A DNA stretch of 40,000 bases from an uncultured phage cr7_1: the sequence record NC_055895.1; one strand, 5' to 3'. The translations under genes were made by a program, and so were the position numbers. The notes under the pieces are model-generated. The model was not told the origin of the DNA and made no database searches. It saw nothing but the letters and a program-made list of their open reading frames with translations. Numbering within the stretch: the first letter of the stretch is position 1; the number at the start of each line of letters is the position of its first letter. Positions 16,071-25,138 of this stretch are shown here, one piece after another.

Positions 16071-16628
16071 ATGGAGTATCAGCGTATCACTCAATCTGAG
16101 ATTGAGACCATAAAAGAAGCTCAAAAGGGAAATGAGCTAGCGTTTAATAAATTGTTTAACCGTTACAAAGAGTTCGTTGACAACGTGCTCTTTTGTTACG
16201 TGAATGACATGGATGAAGCTAAAGATCTTACAAATGTTGTATTTATTAAGGTTCACCAAAAACTCTCGACATTCACAGATTATTCGTCTTTTGGCGGATG
16301 GCTGAGAATTATAGCTAATCGAACAGCTATAGATTATCTACGAAAAGTAAAGGAAAAATCCATGGAGTTAGGAGAAGATGCAGGCCGACTACCTGTCGAA
16401 TTAACTAATTCTTCAGAAGAAGAAGATCTTGTCAACCTTCTTGAGTATGAATCTCTTCTAAAGGAGTTTGAAAAGCTCCCAAAGAAGACACAGAAGATTT
16501 TTAATCTATTTTACGTAGAAGATCTTACCGTTGATGAAATTAGCAAAGTGCTGAAAATTCCTACAGGCACTATAAAAGCTGCACTAAGCCGCACTCGTAG
16601 GAAAATTAAAAATAACTTAAAAGTTTAA
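16071..16628 (+). CDS. ECF-family RNA polymerase sigma factor (sigma-70 family)
   Basis: Region 2-like FNKLFNRYKEFVDNVLFCYVNDMDEAKDLTNVVFIKVHQKLSTF...FGGWLRIIANRTAIDYLRK and region 4-like LPKKTQKIFNLFYVEDLTVDEISKVLKIPTGTIKAALSRTRRKIKNNL. Confidence 0.93.
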   Translation: MEYQRITQSEIETIKEAQKGNELAFNKLFNRYKEFVDNVLFCYVNDMDEAKDLTNVVFIKVHQKLSTFTDYSSFGGWLRIIANRTAIDYLRKVKEKSMELGEDAGRLPVELTNSSEEEDLVNLLEYESLLKEFEKLPKKTQKIFNLFYVEDLTVDEISKVLKIPTGTIKAALSRTRRKIKNNLKV

Positions 16629-16633
16629 CAAAA

Positions 16634-17029
16634 ATGACTTCACTTTTATTATTGATTCTCTCGATTTTTGTAGCTCTTGGTTTCGCAAGATACAATAAGA
16701 GCAACAAGTTGTTCTGGATCATTCTCGTAAGTCTCTTGCTCGGTTTTACCGGTAAGAGTATGGTCAACTATGCCTTTGTTGACCATAAAAGTGAAGCCAG
16801 TACAGTTAAATCTTCTGCAAATCCCATGCTGGCACCGACGTGCTCATTTCAGGCTTTGGAACCCTCAGAGGGCGCTGGTACATGTGCTGAGCCAAAACCA
16901 GCAGGTAAGGATACAATTGTAGTAGATACTGTTACTGTGCTTAACTTGGGTGAAGACGAGCATATTAACGTGCTCACTAAACCTCCACGAGATTGGTTAA
17001 AAACGAACTTTATATTCGACACAAGTTGA
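16634..17029 (+). CDS. membrane-anchored hypothetical protein (131 aa)
   Basis: Two N-terminal hydrophobic segments. Confidence 0.7.
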   Translation: MTSLLLLILSIFVALGFARYNKSNKLFWIILVSLLLGFTGKSMVNYAFVDHKSEASTVKSSANPMLAPTCSFQALEPSEGAGTCAEPKPAGKDTIVVDTVTVLNLGEDEHINVLTKPPRDWLKTNFIFDTS

Positions 17030-17095
17030 ATTTAAGCTAGTTGCCCAGAAAGTATTAATTAATTTTAGTAAATAACATTTAAAAACATTATCAAA

Positions 17096-18607
17096 ATGGC
17101 AAAAAAGAATGGAAAGGGCAATGTAAAAGTTGCTCAGAATAACAATAATGGTGGTAACAATACAGATGCAGCTGTTGAGGCTGCAGCTATGCTCACAACA
17201 ACAGGTGGGTCAAGCATGGATCGTAATCACCAGGTAGATTTGTTGAAGATGGCTCACGATCGTTTCTTCTTGGATGAGAAAGCTGCTGAACACACTGGCT
17301 TCCCGCAGGGAACTATCGACAAACTCAACCATATTAATGCCCTCGGCATCGCAGTGTGCGTATGTAATGAGGTCAAGTATGGCACCAGCGATTTCGCTGT
17401 TGTAATCCGTAAGTCTGCACTCCCAGAGCTTACTGAAGCTTTGAAGGAGATTGGTGTAAGCTTTGATGGCACAAAGCTCTTGCCTTCAAAAGACGATGCT
17501 GAAGCAATTGAAGTTACAGCTTCAGCTGTAACAGTATCAGAAGAGACAGCAAAGAGTCTTGACAAGGATGCTAAGGCTCGTGCTGCAACAGCAGGTAAGG
17601 TTTTTGATCCTACAAAGATCAAGGACGAAGAAGAGCTCAAGGAAGCTTTGTCTGGATTCTTGGCTATGAACCGTGATTCTAAGCTGATGGATAGCATCAT
17701 GCAGTGTGTGAACTTCTATAAGTCATATCGCTCTATTGAAGCTAAGCATGCTATCGATTCTGCTGAGAAGACGCTCAAGAACACAAAAGACAAGAAGTAC
17801 AAAGAGAACGCTGAAAAGGCTCTTGCTTCTGCAAAGAATGACCTTGAGCGCCTCAAGAACATGAACTTCCATGATACGTTTCGCAAGATTGTTGAGCTTA
17901 CGGGTCGTGTCGGAACGCTTACTTATGGAATTGGTGCTCACTTCTTCAATGTTACCGCTACGTCAGGATCTCCTGTATCTGCGTTCTGTGAGCTTCGCGA
18001 CCATTCTACTGACAAGAACACAGGCGCATGCAAGTATACCGATGATCAGATTGCAGACGCTGTAAAGTGCCTCGTAATCATTGGTGCAGACGATGTTCGC
18101 TCAAAGGGTAAGACCTTGCTCGAGGCAGAGAACAAGCTGCCAGAAAAGGATCGTGTCAAGGAACACATTGATGCCGCTAACAAGAACATCGCATTCGCCG
18201 ATAAGGCTACTGCAGCGGTTCTTGCGGCTCCAGGCGAGTTCGTTGAAAACTTGAAGAAGAACTTCTTGGAGGGTAACAACTTTGCAAAGAAGACTGTTAT
18301 CGCCATTAAGCGTGCATATTATCGTGACGTTAGTCCAGAGATGATGGCTAAGGTTAAGTCTGACTCAATGCTTGATAACGCTACGCAGCACGCTGGTATC
18401 ATCTCTAACCTGTTCCGTAATCCTTCTGATCCGCTCGTAGGTTATGCCAAGGAGAATATCATCGACTTGGAATTCAAGACCGATAAGGAGATCAAGGCTG
18501 AGGAAGAGGCTGTTGCCAAAGCTGCTAAGGAAGCAGCTGATAAGAAGGCAAATGAGGATAAGAAAAAGGAAGCCAAAGGTAAGGCCAAGGCTCAAGTAAA
18601 AAAATAA
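17096..18607 (+). CDS. large hypothetical protein with Lys/Ala/Glu-rich tail (503 aa)
   Basis: Full ORF; no recognised catalytic motif. Confidence 0.85.
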   Translation: MAKKNGKGNVKVAQNNNNGGNNTDAAVEAAAMLTTTGGSSMDRNHQVDLLKMAHDRFFLDEKAAEHTGFPQGTIDKLNHINALGIAVCVCNEVKYGTSDFAVVIRKSALPELTEALKEIGVSFDGTKLLPSKDDAEAIEVTASAVTVSEETAKSLDKDAKARAATAGKVFDPTKIKDEEELKEALSGFLAMNRDSKLMDSIMQCVNFYKSYRSIEAKHAIDSAEKTLKNTKDKKYKENAEKALASAKNDLERLKNMNFHDTFRKIVELTGRVGTLTYGIGAHFFNVTATSGSPVSAFCELRDHSTDKNTGACKYTDDQIADAVKCLVIIGADDVRSKGKTLLEAENKLPEKDRVKEHIDAANKNIAFADKATAAVLAAPGEFVENLKKNFLEGNNFAKKTVIAIKRAYYRDVSPEMMAKVKSDSMLDNATQHAGIISNLFRNPSDPLVGYAKENIIDLEFKTDKEIKAEEEAVAKAAKEAADKKANEDKKKEAKGKAKAQVKK

Positions 18608-18708
18608 TACGGCCAATTAAGAGAACTGGTTCACAACTAGTTGGCCGCATTAAAAGAGCCTTTGACATACAATGGCAAAGTGAACACAAATAATTTAACT
18701 ATCAAAGT

Positions 18709-19110
18709 ATGAAAAAATTAGTGATCACGTTGTTAGGAGCAGCATTCCTTACTATCGGCATGAATATTGCCGATCTTAAGAATGTTCCCCTTCCAACGAC
18801 AGTGCAGACAGTAGCAGCATCTACTGTACAGCAACCAATGGACCATTTGTTTGGTCAAGTGAATCGTGCTAATCCTGATACAGTGCATGATACCGTTAGG
18901 GTAGAAAAGCCTGTACCTTGTAACCATAAACAGTTACCTGCAAAGGTAATTGTTAAACGCACCGTAATTAAGAAGACAGATACGTCGTATGTACCACTTC
19001 TATATATTATGGAACCTGGAGAAAAGGTCGACTCCACTAATCACAACTCTACCATTCGTAAGGGAGAGCTCAATGATTATATTCAAATCGCCTCCAATGT
19101 GCATAAGTAA
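18709..19110 (+). CDS. hypothetical secreted protein (133 aa)
   Basis: MKKLVITLLGAAFLTIGMNIADLK signal-like N-terminus. Confidence 0.75.
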   Translation: MKKLVITLLGAAFLTIGMNIADLKNVPLPTTVQTVAASTVQQPMDHLFGQVNRANPDTVHDTVRVEKPVPCNHKQLPAKVIVKRTVIKKTDTSYVPLLYIMEPGEKVDSTNHNSTIRKGELNDYIQIASNVHK

Positions 19111-21270
19111 ACACAAGAACACTATGCACTATAATTGGGTAAGTACATATGGTAGATCCCATTAGTCTACGTACTATTCTGGAACATCCCTCGCGAAGGA
19201 GCTAGAAGAAAAACTCAATAAATTAAACTTGATCCGAGAATATGTTAACTCTGTCTTGCAGAGCGAGATCACTCAAAAGGTAGGATGAAATGTATCAAAC
19301 ATTGAAACAGTTTGATATAGGTAGGAGAAGCGTTGTATCAGCTCCTATAGATTATACAGCTGGACTTGTGAGAACCGTCTGGAGACAAGCTGGATGAGGC
19401 TGTATAATCTAAAAACGCATAAGTCCCAAGAAGGGCATAATGAACCGTATCGTAATTATATGTGATAATACTAAGCATATACAAACGTTACACGAGATGA
19501 ACTATATTGGTCCCCAGTAGGTGAACAGAATTGCATACATGGTATGGTGCATGGTGCTGGAAGAACCGAGGATATCCCAAACAATATAGAAGTATTATTA
19601 AGCCGTAGGTAGTGTTTCTAGTGTCCAAATCTAGTATAAAGGCCGAAAAAATTATCTAAGACGCAATATCGTGAGGATAATACTCACGGGACGTATGGTG
19701 AATACGTTGGCATATAGTCCTTGACGTTCGATTCGTCACAACTCCATTGAAGGGGTGCCGGGGATGAGGTGTAAGACGTCTGAGCTCATGGTAGACCGCC
19801 AGGCTTTTCTTGTTTATGCGGTATATAAAAGTAAAACAAGCGCAAGGGTTGGGCAGCCCCTTAATCGAAGCTCTACGGGAGTATCGTACGCGGGTGAAGA
19901 TCGCGGTGAAAATCTATTCCAGTTGTATTATTAGGATGTTAGGCAATCCGAACTTACAGCCAATTTCCATGAAAATTAAATCGTTCATGAGACTATGATC
20001 GATGACTCCGTTACAGTCAAAGAAAATTGATGGAGAGCTATCCTAGAATAAGAAATAGCAAAGCAGGTAGAAAGTTGATTCGAGATATGTCCATCCAGGA
20101 CCATTTGACCTCCACTTTCATCCAAAACGATCTAGACTAATAGTTTATTTGCACCATGATATACAATATTACATAGTCTCTACAGAGTAGTAAGCTGGTA
20201 TATTATGTATGCGTATGTTGTATGCAAAAGATATAAATTATGAAAACCTAGAAAGTTTAAAAGATAACATGTTTAACAAAAATTGATGTCCCTTCATAGA
20301 GTTAATCTTACGTTGTAAGTAAGGGCTTGAGGTGAAGAAATCGAGTGCCAACCGATATGCCAACCATGCTAAAGTATACTGCGCAACAGTATATGTAAAC
20401 ATAAAGGTTCGAAGCAATACAGGAAATTGATGGGCAGCTTATATCTATGTTGTAAAACGACTGTGTATATTATATGTGTATACTGTCTCTATACATGTAT
20501 ATTACGTTATAAGTGGGTGACAAGATGAAATGTATGGGTTGAATTCCCAATATTCGTGCACTATAAATAGGAGGTAGTAATACCGGTACAGAAAAATTGC
20601 AAACATCAGCAAAGATGTAAAAAGCCGTAAAGTCTGTGATGGGTTTGATCCTGAGACATTCCGATAACCAACCGCTGGGTACATGCCATAAGCCGAGTAC
20701 CGCAGTAAGGAGCCATTTCGATAAGTTAGGCGCTTTTAAAACTTATTAGCCGAGGAAATCTGCGTTTAATCGACAACCTGTAGGAAGATCTTGTAAGTAT
20801 AGTAAGGGAAATACGACCGAGATTCTACATATTTTCGTGGGTTATAGAAAATTCTAAGATTCTATGAGTGTTAGTTGCTATGCAAAATTTCACCAACGAA
20901 AATTAGAATAGTTAAGTTAGAAAAAAACGTGAACAAAATAGCAGAAAACAGTTCAGCATTTGATTATGCAAAGGAAGCATTCAAAGCTTTAGACGATGGG
21001 CCTGGATAAACCAGTAAATGCTAATTGCATCATACGTATGCAATTCCTGCTGCAAGCCTATTATCCTATTGTCGTAATAGAGAAAGTGCAGCTAAGTCTA
21101 GATAAAGCGTCTACAATAGTAGAACTTCCTTTAGAAAACTAAGTACGCAAAGTAGTAACCGAGTATCTTCGTATCAGCGTTGCTTTATTCAATAAACAAC
21201 GGCAAAGGTGTAGCCAAAATACACCATATTTTTCAATCATATCGTTAGTTAATCAATAACGATATCAAAA
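19111..21270 (+). ncRNA. 2.1-kb ORF-poor, hairpin-rich tract (candidate large structured RNA or RNAs)
   Basis: Only short scattered ORFs. Contains perfect 13-bp (19348-19411) and 10-bp split (19142-19175) inverted repeats plus several others. Confidence 0.55.
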
Positions 21271-21275
21271 AGGAT

Positions 21276-21869
21276 ATGATTATGTCAGAAATTAATGTAA
21301 ACATCGTGGAAACAACTATTAAGTCAAATCGTACCCCACTGAGCATGCTCGGTGCAAAAATGTTTGGTCAGGACGTATTTACTCCTCAGACCCGTTTATT
21401 CAACCCAGACCATGACAAGGTTTTGGAGCAGGCTAAGCAGAGCTCCAATGTAAATCTTGTACTCAATCGTTCGCCTCGTCGCTTCTCGATCGGCTATATC
21501 ACGATTGAGTCCATGGCAACAAAACAGAATGCAATCGGCGATGTCGTTTGCCGTCTTAATGAGGGCACCGACAATCAGATTGATATTCCTCTCGGTGAGA
21601 ACAGCACCAAGTTTGGTGAGACCACTGAAGAGGCTGTCCAGAACGCTCTTAAGGACAAGAACTCTAAGGCCGTGTTCTCAGATCCTAAAGATTTGAGTGT
21701 CATTCTTAATGACCTTAACCGTGGAGAGATTGCTCGTCTTGACGCAATGATCGAACAATTGCAGAAGGCTAAAGCACAGTGTGTGTCTGCAATTTCAGCA
21801 AATGAGAAGATCGTTGCTGACTATGAGCGTCAGAAGACAGAGTCAAAACCAGCTGATAAGATCGCGTAG
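21276..21869 (+). CDS. hypothetical protein (197 aa)
   Basis: Full ORF; ends TAG. Confidence 0.8.
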   Translation: MIMSEINVNIVETTIKSNRTPLSMLGAKMFGQDVFTPQTRLFNPDHDKVLEQAKQSSNVNLVLNRSPRRFSIGYITIESMATKQNAIGDVVCRLNEGTDNQIDIPLGENSTKFGETTEEAVQNALKDKNSKAVFSDPKDLSVILNDLNRGEIARLDAMIEQLQKAKAQCVSAISANEKIVADYERQKTESKPADKIA

Positions 21870-21874
21870 AATTC

Positions 21875-22459
21875 ATGGAGGCTGTTTTAACTGAGAAGAG
21901 CGTTAAGCTTATTGCAGTAATGCTCTCAGAACCGAAGATTAAGGCAGCCGTTTATGAAAAGTTGGACCATACAGAGAAGTACAAAATCTATACCATTAAC
22001 GATGATGGTAGTATTACTCTTGGTTCAACTAAGTTCCACTTTTGGAATAAGATAATCGGCTGCGAGCAAACCTTACCATTTGAGAGTTTCGCTCTCAAGG
22101 TATGGGATGCACTAGTGAGTCTTTCCACAGGGCTTAACCAAAAAGCCATTATGGAAGGACTATCACAAGAAATTGTGATGAAAGGAGTTAAAGACAAAAA
22201 CTTTAACTGGGTCGTAGAACGACTGTATGATGTTGCGACAAAAGTATGTCAGAATTCTAGCATTGCTGATGGCGTAGGAGCGGACCCTGCGGGGTCCCGG
22301 GTGTCAGGGCCAAGGCTTAACGCTCAGCAAGAGTTTCCTGATAAAATTGTTATCAATATCAACGGACGTAAAGAAGTTTTGCAGGTTAAAGACTGCATCG
22401 GTAAACCAATGATTGAGTTGGAGTACGGAATTGTAAACGCTAAACGAGTAATGCCATAA
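21875..22459 (+). CDS. hypothetical protein (194 aa)
   Basis: Full ORF MEAVLTEKSVKLIAVMLSEPKIK... Confidence 0.8.
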   Translation: MEAVLTEKSVKLIAVMLSEPKIKAAVYEKLDHTEKYKIYTINDDGSITLGSTKFHFWNKIIGCEQTLPFESFALKVWDALVSLSTGLNQKAIMEGLSQEIVMKGVKDKNFNWVVERLYDVATKVCQNSSIADGVGADPAGSRVSGPRLNAQQEFPDKIVININGRKEVLQVKDCIGKPMIELEYGIVNAKRVMP

Positions 22460-22578
22460 ACAGAAACATTCCTGAGGGAATGGTGTATGAACTGCGAGCA
22501 GAAGAGTACACATTCATGCATGGTATTATCGTTATTGTTTATAACGAAATGCAAAGACGATATTATTAGTTTATATTA

Positions 22579-22656
22579 AAAGGCATCCTTAAACATTCTC
22601 TGCGGAGAATAGGTAATCCGCCCTGCGGGGCAGGATTGCCAATGGGTGTCTTTTAT
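22579..22656 (+). terminator. three-way-junction hairpin/terminator-like RNA element
   Basis: Outer stem AAAGGCATCC/GGGTGTCTTT (10 pairs with G-U), inner ATTCTC-TGCG-GAGAAT and GGTAATCC-G-CCC-TGCG-GGG-CA-GGATTGCC, followed by a T-rich tract. Confidence 0.8.
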
Positions 22657-22735
22657 TCTTTATTACAGTTATATGTAATATAGGAACTAGGTAAATGGCT
22701 GATTCAAGTAAATTGTTTAATTTTAATCAAACTAT

Positions 22736-23284
22736 ATGAATAAGAAATCAATTAAATTGAACTCAGCAAACATCATCACAATTCGTAAGAATATTGATAT
22801 TACTATCAATAAGTATTGGCGAATTATTCGAGCAGAGAACCTCATGTCTAAAAAGGCAATTGCAGCAAAGCAGGGTTCTGGCTTAGATCTCAAGAGCTTG
22901 TATAACCAGATTGTGCAGCTTAGTGAGAAGCGTATTATGATTAAGGGTATTTTGGTAGCTCTTAATACAGGTACAACTACATTCTCTTACGAGGATTTTA
23001 AGAAGACAAATAACTATAGTATTTTCGCAGCATGCGAGGCAAAGGAGGCAATAGCACAACTTAAGATGATCAAGACACTTGATCCATCAACTAAGGCAAA
23101 GAAGGGATTGAAGGCTATGCCTAAGCGTGAGATATTCTCATCAGCTAAGATTGCTCAGCTTATCCATGATCAGCAACTACTAGCAAATAAGTTTGACGCT
23201 AATCTCGAGAAGTTTAACAATGAGACTTCTATTGAGATTAAAGATACTATTGCAGATAAGTTCGAGATGGATCTGACAGTTTAA
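22736..23284 (+). CDS. hypothetical protein (182 aa)
   Basis: Full ORF MNKKSIKLNSANIITIRKNIDITINK... Confidence 0.8.
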   Translation: MNKKSIKLNSANIITIRKNIDITINKYWRIIRAENLMSKKAIAAKQGSGLDLKSLYNQIVQLSEKRIMIKGILVALNTGTTTFSYEDFKKTNNYSIFAACEAKEAIAQLKMIKTLDPSTKAKKGLKAMPKREIFSSAKIAQLIHDQQLLANKFDANLEKFNNETSIEIKDTIADKFEMDLTV

Positions 23285-23292
23285 ATACTATA

Positions 23293-23349
23293 GGTTCGAG
23301 ACAAATATAAGGGTCGCCGAAAGGAGTAAGATCGAGGCTTACACGAACC
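23293..23349 (+). promoter_or_regulatory. structured 5' leader candidate
   Basis: GGTTCG...CGAACC enclosing CCGAAAGGA and GTAAG-ATCGAGG-CTTAC. Confidence 0.55.
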
Positions 23350-23408
23350 ACAATAAGGAATCCCTTGCCCTAAAAATAACATTATTAACACATTAAATTA
23401 TCAAAATT

Positions 23409-24362
23409 ATGTCAAAGAAGAATAACAAGAAGAACCTCAAGAAGGTTCAGGCTAAGATAGGAACTACACCAGTTAAGGCTGAGGCAGCTAAGAAGGAAGA
23501 GTCTAAGGCTGCTATAAAGAATGCAGAAATTGCTGCAGCAAAAGACGATGCTAAGGCAAAGAAGAAGGCTGAAAAGAAAGCTCACGAGGAGGCTAAATAT
23601 GCTGCCTCTAAAGCTCGCATAGAGGCCCGTAAGGCGCGCAAAAAGAGCATCATGGATAAACTGATCGACTCCAAGAAGGAAAAGGCTTCAGAGCCTGTTA
23701 AAATCACTCTGGAAGACCGCCTGAAGAATCAGGAAGAGCGTCGTAATGTCGCCATGGCTCGTCATATCGCATCAATTACCCGTCGGTGCAAGCGTATGCA
23801 TCTCAATGATGCCGACACCAAGAAGGTGATAGACATCGCAAAGAAGCAGTGGGACAACGCCACTGTATACAATATTACAGTTGTATGTGATTCTATTCTG
23901 AAAAAGAAGAAGGAGCTCGGGAAGTTGGTAAAGGATTGCGGCATTAAATCTGCATGTATTACTAACTCTACAGCATTCTTTAAGAATGTGCCAGCAAGTG
24001 TGGTAGCAAAACTGCGTGATCTTGTAGGTAATGCTACATTCTATCAGTATCGTTCTGATGATAAGTCTCCATTCGAGGAGGCTGGCATAGATATGTCAGG
24101 CAATCACAACAAGCATAAGAAGGGAGGTGATCCTCATACTATCGAGTGCTCAAAGAACGCTAGTGTGAACTTCTACAATCTCCGTAAAGCTAAGAAGAAG
24201 GCTAAGGAGATGCTCGAGAAGAACACGTATAACTTCCGTCACGGCTCTAAGGCTGAAGGACGTAAGCTTCGTCGTGGGCTCAAAGTTAAGGCTAAAGCCG
24301 TAAACAAAAAGCCTACACAGGTGAAAGAAGTTAAACAAAAGTCAGTTAAACAAGCAGCTTAA
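23409..24362 (+). CDS. hypothetical Lys/Ala-rich protein (317 aa)
   Basis: Full ORF MSKKNNKKNLKKVQAKIGTTPVKAEAAKK... Confidence 0.8.
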   Translation: MSKKNNKKNLKKVQAKIGTTPVKAEAAKKEESKAAIKNAEIAAAKDDAKAKKKAEKKAHEEAKYAASKARIEARKARKKSIMDKLIDSKKEKASEPVKITLEDRLKNQEERRNVAMARHIASITRRCKRMHLNDADTKKVIDIAKKQWDNATVYNITVVCDSILKKKKELGKLVKDCGIKSACITNSTAFFKNVPASVVAKLRDLVGNATFYQYRSDDKSPFEEAGIDMSGNHNKHKKGGDPHTIECSKNASVNFYNLRKAKKKAKEMLEKNTYNFRHGSKAEGRKLRRGLKVKAKAVNKKPTQVKEVKQKSVKQAA

Positions 24363-24379
24363 TCATAGGAGGCAACGTT

Positions 24380-25042
24380 ATGAATACCCAGAATAATCAA
24401 TATTTGGACGATTATGTTAAAAAATATCGTGACATCAAAGAGAAGTGGCTTAAAGACTTTAACAAGTCTCACGGAACTACTTCTAAGTTCTGTAAAGAAC
24501 ATTGTATCCATGGTCTTTCCCGGAAGAAACCTTGGTTCATACTGCTCAAGCGTTATTCGATCAAAATTGAATCTAGCAGAAAGGTTACGAAGCTTAACCA
24601 TACCGAGCTCATGGAAGGGTATGTTCAACACAAGTTGCAGAAATGGGAGCGAAAGCACCCGTGCCCGGTTAAGAAAGACGACTTGTTCTACGAGCAGCAG
24701 TTCCCAGTTTGGGAAGCAGAAAAGAATGCTGCAGAAGAACATATTAGAGACTTAGTTGTCGCTAAATATGACAAATTACAACTTGTGGGACGATTCCAGC
24801 ATTCGGACGACAAGTTTACTGAGCAGGAAGTTGCTCAGATAAAAGACAATGGCGAAACTGCTAAGTATGGAGGTGTAAACAAACTTCCGGAACACAGTAA
24901 AGTCATGAAGATGGCTCATAAGGAGACAAATAAGGTAAAAGCAAAACGAGGTAATCTTGTTTGTACAAACCTTAAAGACCATCGAAAGAAGACGGGACGA
25001 CTCCTGTTACCAGGCACAAATAAGATGCGAATGGCAGCTTAA
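24380..25042 (+). CDS. hypothetical basic protein (220 aa)
   Basis: Full ORF; the overlapping minus ORFs look spurious. Confidence 0.8.
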   Translation: MNTQNNQYLDDYVKKYRDIKEKWLKDFNKSHGTTSKFCKEHCIHGLSRKKPWFILLKRYSIKIESSRKVTKLNHTELMEGYVQHKLQKWERKHPCPVKKDDLFYEQQFPVWEAEKNAAEEHIRDLVVAKYDKLQLVGRFQHSDDKFTEQEVAQIKDNGETAKYGGVNKLPEHSKVMKMAHKETNKVKAKRGNLVCTNLKDHRKKTGRLLLPGTNKMRMAA

Positions 25043-25062
25043 GGCGTAACTTCTTCAAAACC

Positions 25063-25134
25063 GACCAGGACACCACTGGTCACCCTAGTGTGCTCCGAAA
25101 GGATATGACTGCGAGGTGCAAACCCTCACTAGGG
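25063..25134 (+). promoter_or_regulatory. structured leader of the DNA polymerase gene
   Basis: GACCAG-GACACCA-CTGGTC and CCCTAGTG...CACTAGGG (8 bp) enclosing CCGAAAGGA...GCGAGG; ends 4 nt before the pol start. Confidence 0.6.
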
Positions 25135-25138
25135 AACT

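Noticed and set aside
17254-18616. Antisense and alternate-frame ORFs over the 503-aa gene (17254-17700 -, 17723-17941 -, 17871-18065 +, 18046-18306 -, 18365-18616 -)
   Set aside because: Shadow ORFs of a well-composed sense gene; low-complexity Ser/Leu-rich translations.
19111-21270. Group I/II intron or ribosomal RNA fragment
   Set aside because: I could not recognise intron core motifs (P7 region, domain V) or rRNA signatures. Needs a formal Rfam scan.
24359-24982. Minus-strand and alternate-frame ORFs over 24380-25042
   Set aside because: Shadow ORFs of the sense gene; no independent coding signal.
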